From an uncultured virus (IMG/VR IMGVR_UViG_3300020447_000004) (taxonomy: Duplodnaviria > Heunggongvirae > Uroviricota > Caudoviricetes): DNA of 20,000 nucleotides. This document shows, in pieces, positions 16,492-20,000 of this stretch. The position numbers were made by a program, and so were the translations under genes. The stretch's first letter is position 1; the number at the start of each line of letters is the position of its first letter. The stretch lies in IMG/VR virus record IMGVR_UViG_3300020447_000004; one strand, written 5' to 3'. Below the pieces are notes generated by a model that made no database searches, was not told the origin of the DNA, and saw nothing but the letters and a program-made list of their open reading frames with translations.

Positions 16492-16920
16492 ATGATTGCA
16501 TACAGCCCAGTCACCGAACGATTTCAGATGGATGTAGGTCAGGTGGTGATGCAACTGCATCAAGAGGGCCGTGTTACCCGTCCACAATCATACCGCCCTC
16601 TGTCATATTCGTTGGTGCTTAGGCTGCAAAAGGGTACAACACCATGTCAGGTTTTGTTTAGCCTCACCCCCTCAGGGGGATGTAAACTGCGCGCCATGAC
16701 ACCTCACGGAAGCGACTGGGAAGCGGAGGCTCCCTCTCCTGACATGGAGACCCTTTCCCGTCTTGTGGATCGTATGTATCTCTGGGTAGATATGGAGTTT
16801 GAACGTCGGCGTAAGCGTGCGCAGGAGTACGAAAACGAGATGGAAAGGTTGCAGCGCGAGATGGCCCGATTGAGGGGGGAAATGCACCGTCTTCGGGGAC
16901 CGGATACCTATGTTTCTTAG
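16492..16920 (+). CDS. Hypothetical protein with C-terminal coiled coil
   Basis: AGGAGGT RBS before ATG16492. Confidence 0.75.
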   Translation: MIAYSPVTERFQMDVGQVVMQLHQEGRVTRPQSYRPLSYSLVLRLQKGTTPCQVLFSLTPSGGCKLRAMTPHGSDWEAEAPSPDMETLSRLVDRMYLWVDMEFERRRKRAQEYENEMERLQREMARLRGEMHRLRGPDTYVS

Positions 16921-16921
16921 C

Positions 16922-16977
16922 AAAAGTCTCTGACTTTCGGGCCTGTCGTGCGTCTACTACCTGTAACCGCTACAGAG
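16922..16977 (+). promoter_or_regulatory. Conserved promoter/leader module, copy 11
   Basis: Palindrome 16923-16937; TGAC-N16-CGTC(16951); ctgtaaccgctacagag; ATG16986. Confidence 0.85.
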
Positions 16978-16985
16978 AAACGCAA

Positions 16986-17335
16986 ATGTACCAAGTGCTC
17001 ACCGATTCCCTCAGTGAAGAGCATATCAGCACCCTCGTGGAACCGCTCCACACCAAGCCCTACCCCGTCATCGCGGAAAATCGGGTGAGGGATGACCTCC
17101 TCTCTGAGGATCAGCTGGTCTCCTACTACCAGCACCACGATCAGGCCGCCTTCGAACAGTACGTCAACAACATGTCGCACTACTACCGACCTGATACCAT
17201 CTTCGCGGCTCGCAAGGCCTGCGCAACACCCTCCAGGCTAAGATGCCTCTGTCTGGACTGGCTGAAGCCCTCCGCAACCGAGACATCGACATCGTCATCC
17301 AAAAGATCATGGAAGACACCATCTTCGGAGACTAA
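16986..17335 (+). pseudogene. Hypothetical protein with probable 1-nt deletion near 17219
   Basis: Restoring GCC[C]TG gives ...ARKALRNTLQAKMPLSGLAEALRNRDIDIVIQKIMEDTIFGD-TAA, followed directly by the GGAG of the next gene. Confidence 0.6.
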
Positions 17336-17348
17336 GGAGTAAACCCCC

Positions 17349-17588
17349 ATGTTCCGAGTCACCTTCCCCGCTACCTACCGACCCCACTCCGTCAACTTCC
17401 AGAACCGACACACAGCTGTCGAATTCGCCCGACTCCTCGCTGCCTCCGAGGGGCAGACCCTCCAAGAGGTTATCTCCGGAACCCTCTTCGAAGATACCAT
17501 CGGACCCGAAATCGAAGCGGTCGAGTACAACCGAATCGGTTCCTCCGAGGAGGTCATCCTCGAAGAAGTCATCCGTATCCACTACTGA
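17349..17588 (+). CDS. Small acidic hypothetical protein
   Basis: TAAGGAG RBS. Confidence 0.75.
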   Translation: MFRVTFPATYRPHSVNFQNRHTAVEFARLLAASEGQTLQEVISGTLFEDTIGPEIEAVEYNRIGSSEEVILEEVIRIHY

Positions 17589-17600
17589 CCCTGGAATCCC

Positions 17601-18113
17601 ATGACCATCAACGCAGTGCAAGCCGAAACCCTCCGAACAGCACTACAGCACATCAGTGACCTCGCTATCGCTAAGGGAGCTGTCCCAAAGGGATATTCCC
17701 CCCGCGACTGCTCTGTCAAGCTCTGCATCGACCCCGAGTACATCACCCCAGACGGGATCAAGGTCAAAGTCATTGCACCCGGCTACGAGTGTGACACCCT
17801 CATCGACGTAGCCCTCACATGGGAGGACCTAAACCTGTCTGTGGAGGAGTACAAAGCCAAGGTGGCGCGTCAGGAAGAGAAGAAGGCTTTGGAACACGAA
17901 ATTCTCGTACATAAAACAAACATCTCCCGTCGCACTTCTAAGGTGGACATCGGATCCGCAGCACAGGCACAGCTGGATACTCGTACCAACCTCACCCCCC
18001 TCGAACGTGCACGACTGACCGTAAAGGCCCTGGAGGGTCAGGAAGCAAATGAGTGGGTCACTACCGCCCGAGAGTTGGTCAAGGACCTCGAAAAGCGTCT
18101 GCGCTCACTGTAA
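17601..18113 (+). CDS. Hypothetical protein with coiled-coil C-terminal half
   Basis: 170-aa ORF in the operon. Confidence 0.8.
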   Translation: MTINAVQAETLRTALQHISDLAIAKGAVPKGYSPRDCSVKLCIDPEYITPDGIKVKVIAPGYECDTLIDVALTWEDLNLSVEEYKAKVARQEEKKALEHEILVHKTNISRRTSKVDIGSAAQAQLDTRTNLTPLERARLTVKALEGQEANEWVTTARELVKDLEKRLRSL

Positions 18114-18123
18114 CTGACACTGT

Positions 18124-18156
18124 AGAGCCCCTACTCTAAATCGGAGTGGGGGCTCT
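18124..18156. terminator. Hairpin between convergent genes
   Basis: agagcccctactc-N7-gagtgggggctct (13 bp, one G-U). Confidence 0.6.
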
Positions 18157-18169
18157 CTCCGTTCTTGGG

Positions 18170-18328
18170 TCATTGCTCGACTCCGTCTATTAGGTAGTAG
18201 TGCTCCCGCTCCACAGTCCCTTCCGGTCGATAGTAGATGATAGCAGGGCCTCCGGCCCTGTGCAGACGATTGTTTAGGTAATGGTACTCATAGGAGACGG
18301 TCCCGTCGGGTCTATAGATGTGTTTCAT
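18170..18328 (-). CDS. Short LHRxxGPA protein (MKHIYRPDG...)
   Basis: GGAG before ATG18328; LHRAGGPA. Confidence 0.75.
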   Translation of the reverse strand: MKHIYRPDGTVSYEYHYLNNRLHRAGGPAIIYYRPEGTVEREHYYLIDGVEQ

Positions 18329-18504
18329 GGGCGGACTCCGTGCTGGTAGTAGACCCCACGCTCCACCGTCCCCACAGACCACTCCCAAACGAAAGTGACA
18401 AAACTTCCACTGGACGCCGCCACCAAACACGTTACAGGATAAAAAATCCCCAGATCCAGCCGCCCCACATACGCAAACACCCTAAGTAAACACCCCCATA
18501 CGTG

Positions 18505-18813
18505 AATTCCCCCTATAGATATACCACTTAATCACTCCACTAACTGAACTGCGCACTAACGTGATTTTTCCATACTCCCCCACCAACACTCCCCTCTCGT
18601 CAAATCACAGTAAAAACGACTAACCCAAACAGTCAATTCCCCCTACTGTTATACAACTTAATCACTCCACTAACTGAAATACGCACTAACACAAATCTCC
18701 CACATCCCTCTCCAGCACAGCATCATGGCCAAAAGTGCAAATAAGCATGTAACCCAAACAGTCAATTGCCCCCTACTGTTATACAACTTTCACACCCCCT
18801 TAACTTAACTGCA
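18505..18813. repeat. Three degenerate ~60-nt direct repeats, period ~130 nt
   Basis: aatt(g)ccccta...tatac.actt..cac.cc.ctaact at ~18505, ~18634, ~18764. Confidence 0.85.
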
Positions 18814-19180
18814 CGAAGCGTGATCTCCCCACAACCCCCAATGCGCCTCCACTCTCGACAAAAACGCAAACAACAGACTAAACCAAAACCGAATTCTCCC
18901 GTGGTTTTGACCCCTCACTAAACCTCCAGGCTGCTTTACACCCCCTAAGTAGTACGACCCCCACATCACTCCTCCACCCTTCTCCTCATACTGAAGAAAC
19001 GCAGGACCATCCTCTCGACGCATCACTCCATCTCGGTAGTAGCACTCCCACTGAACACTACCCCGACCCAGATACATCAAGCGTGCGGGCCCCCCTCTCG
19101 ATGGTACTCACCGCATCGAAGATATCCCACACAGTCCCATCTGAAAGATAGGTGGTTCTGCATATATGCTCTGTCTTCAT
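18805..19180 (-). pseudogene. Doubly frameshifted LHRxxGPA gene
   Basis: GGAGG + ATG19180. MKTEHICRTTYLSDGTVW, GEYHREGGP and ..ECYYRDGVMRREDGPA fall in three different frames. Confidence 0.7.
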
Positions 19181-19246
19181 AGGACCCTCCAGATTCTGTT
19201 AGGCCCCTCTAACACTCCACCCCACTCCTCGCAACCACTAATCTGG

Positions 19247-19650
19247 GAGTACGTAGAATTACTTAGGTCAACACCCCTACACATACGGTTAACCACTAAG
19301 GTCAACTCCACACCCCAATAAGGCTTACTACTCACACACATACGGTCAAATACCCACTCCCTTAAGACCCACCCATTAGGTCAAATACCCACTCCCTTAA
19401 GAGAGTACGTAGAATTACTCAGGTCAACACCCCTACACATACGGTTAACCACTAAGGTCAACTCCACACCCCAATAAGGCTTAGTGCGTAGTGCTGTGCG
19501 TATTTCACCTTAGGCCAACACCCCTTTCCCTCCCCAAATCCCCCTCTGTAGAAACACTCAGGTTAACCCCTAATGTAGTGCGTATTTCACCTTAGGGACT
19601 AACCTCACCCAAATACGGCTAACTACGCACCCTCATACGGTTAACCCCGT
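19247..19650. repeat. Nested direct repeats and TAnGGTYAAC motif array
   Basis: 81-mer at 19247 and 19403 (1 mismatch); 24-mer at 19344 and 19379; ~12 GGTYAA-type motifs. Confidence 0.9.
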
Positions 19651-19814
19651 AGTGTAGTGCGTGTTTCTACATACCCCTGTACGTTTTTTCACTGATAATA
19701 CGCATAACATAAACTGTACATTGGGTTGTTGTGTTGTGTTGGGTTTTTTCATAAGTTGAGTTTTGTCGGATTTCCACTGTTATGGCCAAGCAGAACATCC
19801 CCCACAACCCTCAC

Positions 19815-20000
19815 AAACCCCCTGTCTCAGCGCATTCTCGGGGCTCGCTTCGCTCGCAGGAGGAGAGATGCGAGGAGACAGGGACATGATCTGTGACAGA
19901 GGCTATGAGATACGGGGCAAACAAAACCCCCTGTCTCAGCGCATTCTCGGGGCTCGCTTCGCTCGCAGGAGGAGAGATGCGAGGAGACAGGGACATGATC
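19815..20000. repeat. Two identical 77-nt stem-loop repeats (period 109; second reaches the window end)
   Basis: 19815-19891 = 19924-20000; arms ccctgtctc / gagacaggg; contains ctcgcttcgctcgc. Confidence 0.95.

Noticed and set aside
296..16977. Classical integron attC sites
   Set aside because: No RYYYAAC...GTTRRRY ends or long imperfect palindrome, no integrase in the window, and the element has promoter geometry and occurs on both strands.
18505..20000. CRISPR array
   Set aside because: Repeats are irregular in length and spacing, nested and degenerate. There is no constant repeat/unique spacer series and no cas genes.
1..20000. Eukaryotic giant-virus origin suggested by MORN-like repeats
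   Set aside because: Consistent Shine-Dalgarno sites, GTG starts, ATGA coupling and sigma-type promoters indicate prokaryotic expression.

Overview
Accessory region of what is most likely a large bacteriophage. Support: Shine-Dalgarno GGAG sites, ATGA-coupled genes and sigma-type promoters; no core gene is present to confirm it. About 20 intact, truncated or decayed paralogs of a ~28-aa 'YYxxGxLHRxxGPAxIxYxxDG' (MORN-variant-like) repeat protein are interleaved with small unknown ORFs. The main non-obvious structure is a ~55-nt module present 11 times on both strands. It consists of a palindrome AAAGTC-TCT-GACTTT, a fixed-spacing TCTGAC-N16-CGTCT (ECF-sigma-promoter-like) element, a small leader hairpin, GGAG and a start codon. 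The upstream repeat-protein genes end inside the palindrome (..V(E/K)SL-TGA), so the module marks cassette-like junctions, and paralogous genes occur in permuted order. Two non-coding, repeat-rich loci (~7.9-8.6 kb and ~18.5-20 kb) share sequence motifs in inverted orientation and coincide with a visible C-rich to G-rich strand switch, which is origin-like. Several genes carry premature stops or frameshifts.
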